Part shown: piece by piece, positions 12,460 to 24,256 of the stretch
How the letters are laid out: each line of letters opens with the position of its first letter
How positions within the stretch are numbered: position 1 is the first letter of the stretch
NCBI GenBank assembly: GCA_964187785.1
Contig: OZ076409.1
Location: 13,332,001-13,396,000 of the forward strand
Reading direction: 5' to 3'
Length of the DNA stretch: 64,000 nucleotides
Origin: Amphiscolops sp. MND2022
Lineage: Eukaryota
Notes under the pieces: generated by a model
Told to the model about the DNA's origin: nothing
The model's input: only the letters and a program-made list of their open reading frames with translations
Database searches by the model: none
Made by a program: the position numbers and the translations under genes

Positions 12460-13530
12460 GTAGTGTGAAGCATATCTAGAGCATCTAAGGCTCTAATGGT
12501 TCAGCACTGGACACAGCTAAAGAACACTTCATAACTTCGCTTGCCCTGGAAGCTTCAAAGTAGATGCAAAGTTTATTGCAAGACCTACAACAGGCTATAT
12601 AAACAGAACACTGGTAATATTGATCCCTTCCGAACTTCCCCGGTCAACTTGCATGCAAGAAGTCAGAGATTGCTGACGAATTCCGGAAAAAATTTTTCGA
12701 AAAAAAACATCTTTACACCCTGAAAATTGACGAAGGTCTTAACAAATTTGTGAAAAGATACAATTCAGTCAATTCGAGGTATAATGAAGATAATGATGAC
12801 CTTTTTGAGATGAAATAACCATATCTGATCTAGAACAAGCTCCCAAAGAACTTCCACCTACTGGGTCCTTCGACATTGACAACTTACATATAATGACACT
12901 GAATTATTAGGGCTCCCAGGCCCAACTAGCTCTCCTTCATCTATTCAACAAATGCTGGGCCGAGGGCATCTGGCCTTGGAACATATCAAAATTTATCTTA
13001 GTCAGAAAACCAAACAGAAATTCCTACTCTGAATGTTCTAGTTTCCGACCACTGACAACCTCCAGTCACATGGGAAAATTAATGAAACACTCAAGTTTTC
13101 TAAAGTTTGACTTAGAGAAAGCGTTCGACAGCGTATGGATTGACGAACTTTACAACCAGTTGATTCATCTTGGGGTCTCTGTAAAATGCTACACAATATC
13201 AACAGTTTTCTCCGAAACAAAAAAGTGTTTTGAAAACATCAGCAACTTCAAATCGGAAAAACAGGGGTCCCCCAAAGCAGTGTAAAACGCAACTTCTATT
13301 CTTTCTCTACATCAATGATCTTTTGGCAACTCATCGGGACAGTTTCAAGATTGCTGACAACACATCTGTTCTAATTACGGGCAAAAATCTTGAACTCCTC
13401 CAAGTTCGGTGAACTCGGCCTTTAGAGAAATGGAATCATGGTGTCGAAAATGGAGATTCGTGGTCAACAGATCCAAAACCTAATTGATGCTGGTAAACTA
13501 TGAGGTGTCTGCAATCAATCTGCCTTATCA
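12460..13530 (+). mobile_element. Degenerate LINE ORF2 (RT) fragment
   Basis: FDLEKAFDSVW (13070-13285) and LFFLYINDLL..FKIADNT (13230-13412). Its first ~120 bp is the source of the spacer repeated in each array unit. Confidence 0.7.
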
Positions 13531-13799
13531 ATGTTTATCACAACAATTAGGCTTCGATAAAGGAACGAACTAACAGGATAGAGTTGAGCCTGTAGCCTTT
13601 TTGCAAACCAGTCAAGGTCTAATCCAGATCAGCAAGCAATCAACGTCTCTGCAACTGGTGCCCTTGTAGCCGTTTGCAAACCATTCAAGGTCCAATCCAG
13701 GTCCACAAGATCGAAAGATGTGTCCAGCAACCAGTTGTGCGGTCAATTTCAGTCAACGTCTCTGAAATTATTCAAGTTTATCACAACAATTAGCCAACT

Positions 13800-16600
13800 T
13801 TTTTGTATCATGGATAATAAATAGATTTGCCAAAGATGCACGTGTACATGCAAAAATGAAAATATAACCGGACAAATAATCTCCGGGGATTGGAATTCGA
13901 GGCATCCACTATGGGGCAATAAATTAGAAAATAAAGATGGTAAATTACTCGCCGACTACTGTGCCGACAATAGTCTTTCTATAATAAGCCCTCATCAGCC
14001 CACTTCTGTCTCAGCAAGCAAGAAAGGTAGCAGCATAATCGATTTTTGCATCACTGAACAAAAGTGCTCTGATCTGGTATGCAATGCACGAGTGATCGAA
14101 GATATCTAATTCTTCTCTGGTGCTCCAGAGCAAGGTCATTGGCCTGTTCAATTTGATATAGATTTTCCTGTGAAATATGATAATCCTAGATGGTGTGTGC
14201 TAAACTACAAAGTGGCAAATTGGGAAGAAATTAGTATACAACTGGAAAATATTATGGTGGAAAACATGGATTGCATGATAACGGAAGGACCTACGAAAGC
14301 TCTCCTAACCTTTTTGGGCCTAGTTAGAGGACTTTGTGAGAATTCGATTCCACGGAAAACACTATGTAAATATTCCAAACCTTACAAATTGACTCACTTA
14401 TCAAAAAAATTGAAAGATGCACGCAAAATATAGACTCCAATGTTAGCAGAAAAACAAAAACATTGTTGAAATGGCTAAAATCGAATTCAAAAAGAAAAAG
14501 GAAAAAGAATAATACCCGTTGGACGCAAAATGGCATTATGCAATTGAATGAGGGAAACTCAAAACATTTTTCGATAATATCGGCAAATTCAATGGTTCAA
14601 TGGACTTAAAAAACATAGGAGTACTTCATCACAAGGGTAAGGCACTGAAAAAGGATTACCATAAAGCTCCGCTTTTTAAACGTATTTTCTTCGATGGCGC
14701 ACACCTTACTGGTAAACTATTTGACGACGCTTTATATGAAAAAACGAAAGAAGGAGTGAAAGAAAAGTTGGCTCACACCGTTGAGGATTCTTACAAGGAG
14801 GAGGTCATGAATGATCTAAACATGCGTATTACAATGAATGAACTTAAACAAGCCATAAAGAAAATGAAGACAAACAACAAGGGCGTGGATCCTTATGGCC
14901 TTCACCCTAAACTATTAAAGAAATTCAAATTTAACACCATTAGCAGATGTTTGCACTTCATAAACAGTGCATTCTTCATGGGGATTTGGCCACTTGTTGA
15001 AACCATAGTCAAATTCTTGAAAACCCTGGCAAAACTGAACTTTCTAATTCATCTTCTTGGAGACCTATTTCACCTACATCCCACTGAGGAAAAGTTGTTG
15101 AACGAGTGATAGATAGAAGACTAAGATCACCAGATATCCTCGACATTGATGAGCAACAATTTCGTTTTCAGCCAGGTAAGTCAACTTTGCACTACTTGTA
15201 CAAATTATATCATGATATCTTAGCAATGAACAAATTACCAATAGCAACAGTATATGATCTAGAGAAAGCTTTTGATTCCGTAGATCAAACTTTTTTGCTA
15301 AGCAAGCTAATAAACAGTGGTTTAAAAGGTCCAATGTTAGCTACTTTAAAATCTTTTTTATCGAATCGGAAAGTCAGTATCCAAGTCAATGATTATATAG
15401 ACATGTCATTTGTCCCTCTTAATGGCTTACTTCAGGGGGCTGTACTGTCACCACTTTTGTTTATCTTTTATTTGAAGGGCTTCCTCCAAGATGCGGACGT
15501 AACATATAAGTATGCAGATGACAGTACTTCCTTTTCAAGCAAAGAAAACTTAAGAACATCTTTAGAAAAGGCGGAAAACTATACATACAAATGGAGGCAG
15601 GTGCTGAATAAATACAAAACTGACCATATAAATTTCTCAAAAGAAGTATTTCAGTCCGACTATAAATTTGTTGATAGGATTAAAATACTGGACCTATGGT
15701 TTGAGCGAGATTTGAGTTTCAAAACACATGCGGCCATTAACTCTGCCCCAATGGTTAATTTCTGGAAAGAAACTAGAAAACTTATAACGCAAAGAATAAA
15801 ACCATTTTACGATGTACGTATCTCTGATTCATATGTGAGACCACGTGTCACGTACTGTATGACTACTTGGTTTCAACAAAATATGACATCTCTGGACAAG
15901 ATGTGGTGGAGTGTTCATAAATCTATCTTTGGGATAAGAAACTACCAAGTATCGAAACACGTAGTTAGTGTTTTACGTAGTATTTGGCCTCCTTCTCTAA
16001 TCTACACTTATCAAGTATTAATGTTTCTACACACGACTGCTCGAAGTGCAGATACTCTAAACCCACGCAATTTAGCAATCATACCCCAACATGTTAATTT
16101 GGTGAGAATATTTTTGGTACACAAACTTTCAATTGTGAATCGTGATCCTGATGAAATTAGGGCAATATACATACAATATGCTAGACAATTTTCTGTCAGT
16201 ACTTTTAAGAAGGAGGTGGATGAGTATTGCAGGCACTTATGGCAACGAGAAATAAAGCAAAGTCTTATGTACTCAAATTACTCAGGGCTTTAAGTAAGAA
16301 ACATTATCATGAAAATGCTTGCACCATATCCTAAGAAAATATTGTCAAAACGCTACGTGTTCTAATGAATGATTTTGAAGTACGCGAAGTATTATTCAGA
16401 AGTAGAAAGAGCAAAACCGATGTTTGTCCCTATTGTAGAGTTGTCAATGATACTGCACATTTCTTATTTTCATGTGTCTCATACCAAGAACACCGAAAGA
16501 GTTTCATTAGGGAACTTAAAAATCAAAAAATTGAGGAAACGCTAGTTGGTTTGCTAAATTGCGAAAACAAGCATGTTATAAGCACGTTGGCTGGCTTTAT
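13800..16600 (+). mobile_element. Degenerate LINE A, ORF2 (APE endonuclease - RT - CCHC)
   Basis: APE motifs GDWNSRHPLWG (~13887) and SIIDF; RT motifs DLEKAFDSV, QGAVLSPLLF and YADD (15106-16293); C-terminal CPYC..D...HFLFSC. Several stops and frameshifts. Confidence 0.85.
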
Positions 16601-17020
16601 GGGAACATGACGTTTCGGCAAGAAAAAAACTTTTTCATGCCGAAACGTCGCGTATTATCTTGGTTTTGTTCTTGGTTTCTACAAACTGGACCTAACCAGT
16701 TTGTAGTACTCTGGAATTTTGTAGAAAAACGATAAGACCACTAATGTAGGAATGATTCAAAGCATAGAACGTGCCTTGGATGCCCCCATTTCCTCTAGTG
16801 CCCCGCGGCCCCTTGGGGCCTCTTATATTCCCATCTTGCTAAGCGAGGTCGAACAGGAGCAAAGACCTAGCGGGAACGGAGATCGCGAAGCGATCGTAGT
16901 GGGAGCTGGTCTTTGCGACGGTGACGGCGAGCATGCATACACCGAATATGCCCCATATATCATACGAAACGTTTCGGCAAATGTTTTTAGCCTGAGACGT
17001 TTCTGCATGTTTTTTTCTAC
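16601..17020 (+). mobile_element. MITE-like element with GC-rich core (copies ~24257-24676, ~32313-32732)
   Basis: ACGTTTCGGC/GAAACGT motifs at both ends, a CTACAAACTGGACCTAACCAGTTTGTAG segment shared with 490-1044, and the core at ~16780-16955. No TSD found; it separates two different LINEs. Confidence 0.65.
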
Positions 17021-17024
17021 ACTG

Positions 17025-18365
17025 CACTAATCTTCATTTGCTATATCGCAGAAATGCTTACAAAGACCACAGGTATCAAGTTCAAGTACGCAGATGATTC
17101 ACAAATACTTGTGTCCGCTTCTGTGGAAAGCGCTCTTCATCGAATTTTACAGAGGAATTTCAACATCGTCGAAAAATGGTGTAGGACATGGAAAATTCAG
17201 ATAAATGGCTCCAAAACGGAAATAATCCACAGAAACTCCGATGAACTGACGACTTTTGTCTTCACAGTGAGAAATGAAGCATGCAAAATTAAAAGTGAAA
17301 TTAAAATTCTTGGCTTGATTGTCGAAAATACTTGCAGTTTCAAGGATCACACGGAACTGGTGGTAGCCCGTTGCAAGAACAAATAGCGAGAGCTACGGAT
17401 TCATTGTACTAGTAGATGGGGTCTGTCCCGGAACACACTTATTACTTTATAGAAAACGCTGATCCTACCAAATCTCCTGTACTGTGCGCCTGTTTGGTCG
17501 AACCATAATGCGGCAAAACTGAAAACCTTCCAAGCTTTTGTCAATCGAAGTATACTCCAAACCAAGTTTTATCCAAACGAGAGTGCTGCTAAAGTCATAC
17601 TGGGCACCCCACCTATCGATATTGTTTGCCAAAATATATCCGCTAAGTTCCTCGCCAAAGTACTACAGCAGAAAGACCTTTTATCAGAGCTATTTATAAA
17701 AAATGAAGGAACTGTAACTTTTGTGACTATCCACAGAAACATACTCTAAACTTTCTACAACAAAAAGAGCCTTGACTTAACTGACCTTTTGAGCTACACT
17801 GAAGCCATTAGTCGAACCCATATACTGCGACAATGGAATTCCAGATGGCAATACCCAGACTTTGAAACTAACCTTAAAAAAATTGTTCCTCAAGTAGACA
17901 CTGACCCCGCCTTGATAAAACTTTCTTTACAGAAGGAACTCCTGAGGACCGCCATCGAAGTACTCATGGACATCAATCCATCCCTGAAAAACTTTTTCTA
18001 TAATAGAAGCTTGACTGCCAGTCCGATGTGCTCTTGTCGCATAACTGAAGAACCTGCCACCCACTTTCTATTCGATTGCCGTAATTATGTTACAAGAAAT
18101 CTGTCCACAGGAAACTTCAACTTGTATGACAAAAATAACTGTATTGAACTGATAGAATTTATAAAAAAACAGTGGAAGGTTTGAATACCTAAACAAATAC
18201 CTTACAATTTGTTAAATTCTGACAAAATGACTACTGTTTGACATGTGATAAACAATGCCCGCTCACCTGCCTTCCCTCTGTGTCAATTCTATTTATACTA
18301 TTTACTTTCTTCTGGAATCAATGATACAAAGTCATCTGTACTGCCACATCCCGAAGGTTAATTGA
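17025..18365 (+). mobile_element. 5'-truncated LINE B (RT C-terminal half + CCHC); copies ~24680-26020 and ~32736-34080
   Basis: KFKYADDSQIL, KILGLIV and SPMCSC..EE...HFLFDC, with internal stops. Confidence 0.8.
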
Positions 18366-18366
18366 T

Positions 18367-18398
18367 CTCTTCTTCTTCTTCTTCTTCTTCTTCTTCTT
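18367..18398. repeat. (TTC)n microsatellite, probably the (AAG)n 3' tail of the minus-strand LINE; also ~26021-26048 and ~34080-34109
   Basis: About 10 TTC units lie exactly between two convergent LINE 3' UTRs. Confidence 0.85.
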
Positions 18399-19735
18399 GT
18401 AGACAGGCATGATAGTTGGTGCCGTAATGACATGGTTTTCAGCGACCTCTAATAAATGTTCTATTTACACCCCTTGATGCGGGCAATGTTAAGCACGTGA
18501 TTTATCAAAAACATTTATGGGTGAATAATAACGCTGATTTATATCGTGTTTGGTAGTTATTTAGTTATTCAAATCTTCCGCAGTTTCTGATGAATTCTAC
18601 TAGCTTCGCGCAGTTTGTCAGGTCATAGAGGTTGAAGGTTGAAGTTCTCGGTCGGAAGATTTCTCGGTTTCCATAATCTGCAACTGAATAAAAAATGAAT
18701 TGCAGTTTCTTCGGTTCTTTTACATGAGCATAGAGGACTGGCTGTTAGGCTTCTGTTGTAGGCAAAATTATTCAGTGAGGGGTTGATGTCCAGGAGTACT
18801 TCTATGACATGCCTCATGAGCTCTTTGGTTGTGGATATCTTGGTCAAAACGGGGTCGTTTTCTACTCGAGGGACAAGATGTTTGAGATTTGTATCGAAAT
18901 CCGGATATTGCCATCTATAATTCCATTGCCTAAGAATGTGATTTCTACTCGTTTCTTCATCGTAGCTTAGCTTGTCGCGTAGGTTTAATGTCTTTCTGCC
19001 GTAAAACTGTCTCAACGTATTTCTATGGCCAATAAGAAACGCTAAGTCTGATTCATTTTCTATTATTTGATTTGTCATATGATCATTACTTTGTAGAACT
19101 TTAGTTAAAAATTTCGATGATATGTTTTGGCACAGTATGTCCAAGGGTGGAATACCCAAAAGAACTTCAGCTGCTGCCGAGTTTGCATTGTATCTGGTTT
19201 CCATTATGCTGCGGGTGATCGTATGTTGAAATTTAGTTAATTTAGTGATGTTTTGACTCGCCCATACAGGAGTTCAGTATAGTAAGGCCGGTAGGATCAA
19301 TGTTTTGTACAAAACTGTAAGGGTGTGTCTCGATAGACCCCATTTGCCTGTGCAATGATATCTCAGTTCTCTCCACCTGTTCAGGCAACGTGCTGTTGTT
19401 GAATCTGTGTGTTGTTTAAATGAACATTCGTTGTCTACGATCAAGCCGAGAATTTTCGTTTGGTATTTGACTTCACATTTCTCTGTTCCCAGATGAAACT
19501 TTTGGTCCCAGATATCCAGTGGGTGAATGGGCCTTATCTCGGTTTTCAATCCGTTTATTTAAAATCGCCATGTGTTGCACCATGTTTTCACCAAATTCAG
19601 CATTTCTGAATTTTGTCGCAGAGGGAGGCTTGTGTTTCTGCAGACACAAGGATCTGAGAATCGTCCGCATATTTGAATTTAGTCCCATTAGTATTCTTCA
19701 ACATTGCTGCGATGAAAAATATGAAAAGCACCTTT
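18399..19735 (-). mobile_element. 5'-truncated LINE B' (relative of LINE B); copies ~26049-27793 and ~34110-35854
   Basis: TKFKYADDSQIL (~19640-19690), KILGLIVD and HILRQWNYRWQYPDF..SPLCSC..EETAIHFLFSC (18623-19204). Confidence 0.8.
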
Positions 19736-19936
19736 AACATAATGGAGGAATTCATTGTTTTCGGTTTGCGTTAATTCGGGTTTGCGCCAAAAAAAATATA
19801 TTTAATATTTTTTAATTGCAAGCAAAGATTATTTTTCGCTGTCTTGCTAGAAAACTAGTTGAAATCTTCAGTGGAGTTACATCTTTAGCGACGTGTATGC
19901 CGAGGCGTGACCTCGATGTAATCCGCTCTGCGAAAA

Positions 19937-20634
19937 ATGGCTTCTTTAAACCAAATCGAATGGAATATTAGGTCAATTAGACCTAATAAAGTGCCGGGCT
20001 CACCTTCACTCGGGTTTTTTCCAAATGAAAGATGCAATGACAGTTCTCCATTGAAAAGAAATTGTTACCTTTTCGATTGCCAGAAGTGTTCAACATCTCT
20101 AGCTTTGAAGGCCTTCGACCCTGCTTACGAACGAGGCTTGCAATGCGTACCAAGAATTTCATCTATACCCAAACCCGAAGTTTTCGAAGAAGTTAATAAG
20201 TATCACGGAGAAGTGGAAGAGCTCTATTTTAAGTATTTTGCCCAGCTATCTGACTTCGCGAACGTTGCAATCAATGGTTGGAGCAATTTAGATGCTGTTA
20301 AGGTGTTCAAAAATGTTGATAGAACATTTGAAGAAAATAAAATTTTTGAGAAAACAAAAGTTTTTGAATTGGATTGGCTCATCTTTAATGGACACTCGAT
20401 TACATTTGTTGAATTGAAGGAGAAAAGTGAAAGAGCAAAGTCTGGAGCTAACAAGAATTTCGAATGAAAAATCGATCAAATTAGAAAAGACGGAATTATC
20501 ATCGAACGACTCATGAATGCTGTTCGTTTGGATGTCAAAGTGAATTATTTTATCGCCTGTCCGAATGTTTCGATTAGCGAGATTGCACAAGGGTCCTTTC
20601 TTCGTGCACATCAAAAATTACTACACACTATCGT
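19937..20634 (+). pseudogene. Exon 1, copy 1: NERD-like PD-(D/E)XK nuclease domain with one in-frame TGA (codon 177)
   Basis: FELDWLIF..HSITFVELK, then TGA at 20465-20467. The frame stays open as KIDQIRKD..YFIACPNV up to a GTAAGT donor at 20635 (phase 2). Confidence 0.65.
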
Positions 20635-20929
20635 GTAAGTGCGTCAATTTCATTAATATGCATCTCGTTTTGGCTGAAATCACGGAGAAATGAAAATATC
20701 CGAAGATACTACGATATTTTGCGTCTCCGTGAAAAAATTGTATTTTGGACATTATGCAAAGCACAAGTTATCAGATTGTCCATTTATTATTTCTAAAATG
20801 AAGCTGTTTTGCTATGTAATTTTTTGAAAAAACTGAATTTCAGTATACTTAACGAAAGTAAAGAGTGGATTTATTTTAGTGGTTGTTTCTTCCTCCTGAA
20901 TATTGGTTTTCCTGTTTTTTTTTAAATCC

Positions 20930-22642
20930 GTGTTATTGTTTGTGCTCTAGTCGGTGGTTTTTATGTCAGAGGCAGAACCATAGTAATAGTAGGGCTTTTG
21001 CGGAGATCCGCTAGGGGCTTCTCACCCGTTACAGTCACTCAATCACGTGGTAGGTGAGTTTCCTTTCTAGCTGCCTCCGATTTTTCTCTTGCATGTCAGT
21101 GGATTGAGGTATAGCACAGGACACGCGATACTATGCCTCATCCACCAATGCTGTTATCTCATCTTTCTTCTGGTAGCTTTATTTTGGGTGCTTGGTGAAT
21201 CAAGACAAAGCACACGACCCGTGATACTTTGCCTAGTTCCACTTGTCCCGGCAATTGCTTCTAGTACAGTCGCACCCAATTCTCCATAAGCAGGAAAGAT
21301 TTTCATCGAAGTTTGCATTTTCCAAAAAATTTGGAGTAACTGGTGTTTCAGTTTTTTCTGGTCGCAATTCAAGATCTCCAGCTTCAAGGTGTTTTTATTC
21401 TCGTGGTTCTATAAAAGAAAGCCTGCTGTAATTGGGATTTGCTGGGTCTTTCCGATTTGAACTTCAACTCTCCGCGAACAGAGAAAATCATACCCGGTAG
21501 TCTCGAATCATCAACGTGGTAGTGACCTTGTATCAGTTTTGAAAGCATGAGGACGTCGTTCAGTTGTAGATACATCGTCAACGGTAAAAGTTTGAGTTTG
21601 TACAAGGCTTCTTTATACGAGAAATTTTCCCCCAAAATCCATTGAACAATTCTTTGTCAGCTTTCCAGTTGCCTGGAGACAAACATAGAAAGTCCAAAAC
21701 AACAGCTAGCATAAAGAACTCTTGGGACAATCATGCTTTTGTAGAGACCTAGTTTCGACCGATAGGGAAGGTTTGAGACAATACGCTTGATCATATAAAA
21801 CAAATTTTGAATCCTTTCGAACAAGCATTATCGATGTGACGGTTCCATTTCAAGTCCTTCTGTACAATTAATCCGAGATCCTTTCCCCAGCATTTGTTAT
21901 TAACAGCGTCGTTTTCTAGACAGAAGGTCTCGATATCACCCTCGAAAGTTGAATGAGAGCAATTGTCCAAATTCGAAGACAATTTGTTGTCTTGTGTCCA
22001 TGTGAAAACTTCATCCAGCTCTGATTGGTAAATATTTGCATTCAGTCCTATCCTCAAAAGTTTAGTATTGTCAGCGAATAGGAGAGGGGTAATATTTTCA
22101 CAACATGAAGGCAAATCGTTTATGTATATGAGGAACATTAAAGGACCAACTAAAGATCCCTGTGGTACACCACTTTCGACTCTTTTTCGGGGACAGGCTT
22201 TCGTTAACGCGGACCCTTTGTGACCTTCCGGAGAGGTAACTGCGGAGCAGTCTCAGGAGTCTTCCGTCAATATGAAACTGGTGAATTTTTCGATGCAAAA
22301 TTCCGTGATCAACTTGGTCGAAGGCTTTGCTGAAATCGGTTAGCACAATATCTACGTCCAAATTGTTCTCCAACCCTTGGTAAAATTTTTGGAGCATCAA
22401 CAGTTGTAGTACTGTTAATTGGCCAGGCATAAAACCATATTGAGTTTTTTGTAGATAGGGTCTAACTTGAAGAAACAGACGAGTGAACAAAATTCGCTCG
22501 AAATTTTTTGATGGTATGCAAAGTAAACTTGTCTGTAGTTTTAGGCGTTTAGTTTACTCCCTTTCTTGTACAATGGACTCACAATGGCTTCTTTCCAAAC
22601 TGAAGGAAAGGTTTAGGTTAGGAACACTTTTTTGAAAATCTG
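20930..22642 (-). mobile_element. CR1-like LINE C, 3' part (copy ~28990-30701)
   Basis: QYGFMPG, DFSKAFDQVDH, FLIYINDL, LFAD(N/D)TKL and KDLGLIVQKDLKWNRHI; frameshifted. Confidence 0.85.
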
Positions 22643-22685
22643 GAATAAACTTTTCTAATTCATCTTCATGGAGACATGTCTCTTT

Positions 22686-24256
22686 GAATAAACTTTTCTA
22701 ATTCATCGTCATGGAGACCTATTTCACCTACATCCCACTGAGGAAAAGTTGTTGAACGAGTGATAGATAGAAGACTAAGATCACCGGATATCCTCGACAT
22801 TGATGAGCAACAATTTCGTTTTCAGCCAGGTAAGTCAACTTTGCACTACTTATACAAATTATATCATGATATCTTAGCAATGAAAAAATTACCAATAGCG
22901 ACAGTATATGATCTAGAGAAAGCTTTTGATTCCGTATATCAAACTTTTTTGCTAAGCAAGCTAATAAACAGTGGTTTAAAAGGTCCAATTTTAGCCACTA
23001 TGAAATCTTTTTTTTATCGAATCGGAAAGTCAGTATCCAAGTCAATGATTATATAGACATGTCATTTGTCCCTCTTAATGGCTTACTTCAGGGGGCTGTA
23101 CTGTCACCACTTTTGTTTATATTTTATTTGAAGGGCTTCCTCCAAGATGCGGACGTAACATATAAGTATGCGGATGACAGTACTTCCTTTTCAAGCAAAG
23201 AAAACTTAAGCACATCTTTAGAAAAGGTGGAAAACTATACATACAAATGGAGGCAGGTGCTGATTAAACACAAAACTGGACATATAAATTTCTCAAAAGA
23301 AGTATTTCAGTCCGACTATTAATTTGTTGAGAGGAGTAAAACACTGGACCCATGGTTTGAGCGAGATTTGAGTTTCAAAACACATGCGGCCATTAACTCT
23401 GCCCCAATGGTTAATTTCTGGAAAGAAACTAGTATACTTATAACGCAAAGAATAAAACCATTTTACGCTGTATGTATCTCTGATTCATATGTGAGACCAC
23501 GTGTGACGTACTGTATGACTACTTGGTTTCATCAAAATATGACATTTCTGGACAAGATGTGGTGGAGTGTTCATAAATCTATCTTTGGGATACGAAACTA
23601 CCAAGTATCGAAACACGTAGTTAGTGTTTTAAGTAGTATTTGGCCTCCTTCTCTACTCTACACTCATCAAGTATTAATGTTTCTACACACGACTGCTCGA
23701 AGTGCAGATATTCTAAACCCAGGCAATTTAGCAATCATACCCCAACATGTTAATATGGTGAGACTATTTTTGGTACACAAACTTTCAATTGTAAATCGTG
23801 ATCCTGATGAAATTAGGGCAATATACATACAATATGCTAGACAATCTTCAGTCAGTACTTTTAAGAAGGAGGTGGATGAGTATTGCAGGCACTTATGGCA
23901 ACGAGAAATAAAGCAAGGTCTTATGTACTCAAATTACTCAGGGCTTTAAGTAAGAAACATTATCATGAAAATGCTTGCACCATATGCTAGGAAAATATTG
24001 TCAAAACGCTACGTGTTCTAATGAATGATTTTGAAGTACGCGAAGTATTTTTCAGAAGTAAAAAGAGCAAAATCGATGTTTGTCCCTATTGTAGAGTTGT
24101 CAATGATACTGCACATTTCTTATTTTCATGTGTCTCATACCAAGAACACCGAAAGAGTTTCATTAGGGAGCTTAAAAATCAAAAAATTGAGGAAACGCTA
24201 GTTGGTTTGCTAAATTGCGAAAACAAGCATGTTATAAGCACGTTGGCTGGCTTTAT
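22686..24256 (+). mobile_element. LINE A 3' part, unit 2 (unit 3 copy ~30745-32312)
   Basis: ORFs 22760-23949 and 24021-24266 duplicate 15106-16610 with extra lesions. Confidence 0.85.

Larger units (their letters stand above)
1927..12580. repeat. Tandem array of ~2.0 kb composite units (5 complete + 1 internally deleted)
   Basis: PHD ORF starts recur at 2959, 4987, 7040, 9062 and 11115 (spacings 2028, 2053, 2022, 2053). Junctions lie near 3859, 5920, 7935, 9995 and 12020. Each unit is CRE 5' half (-) + HINE + ~150 bp LINE fragment. Confidence 0.92.

Noticed and set aside
1927..12580. Array produced by Helentron rolling-circle read-through, since each unit has one HINE
   Set aside because: Unit junctions lie ~150 bp beyond the HINE 3' end and ~1.4 kb from its 5' end, not at element termini.
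16752..17030. ORFs MIQSIERALDAP... (also 24409-24753, 32465-32809)
   Set aside because: Chance ORFs across the GC-rich MITE core; reading frames differ between copies.
20465..20467. Selenocysteine codon in the nuclease exon
   Set aside because: No SECIS could be identified by eye, the position is not a Cys-type catalytic site, and the gap after the gene's stop is only 42 bp.
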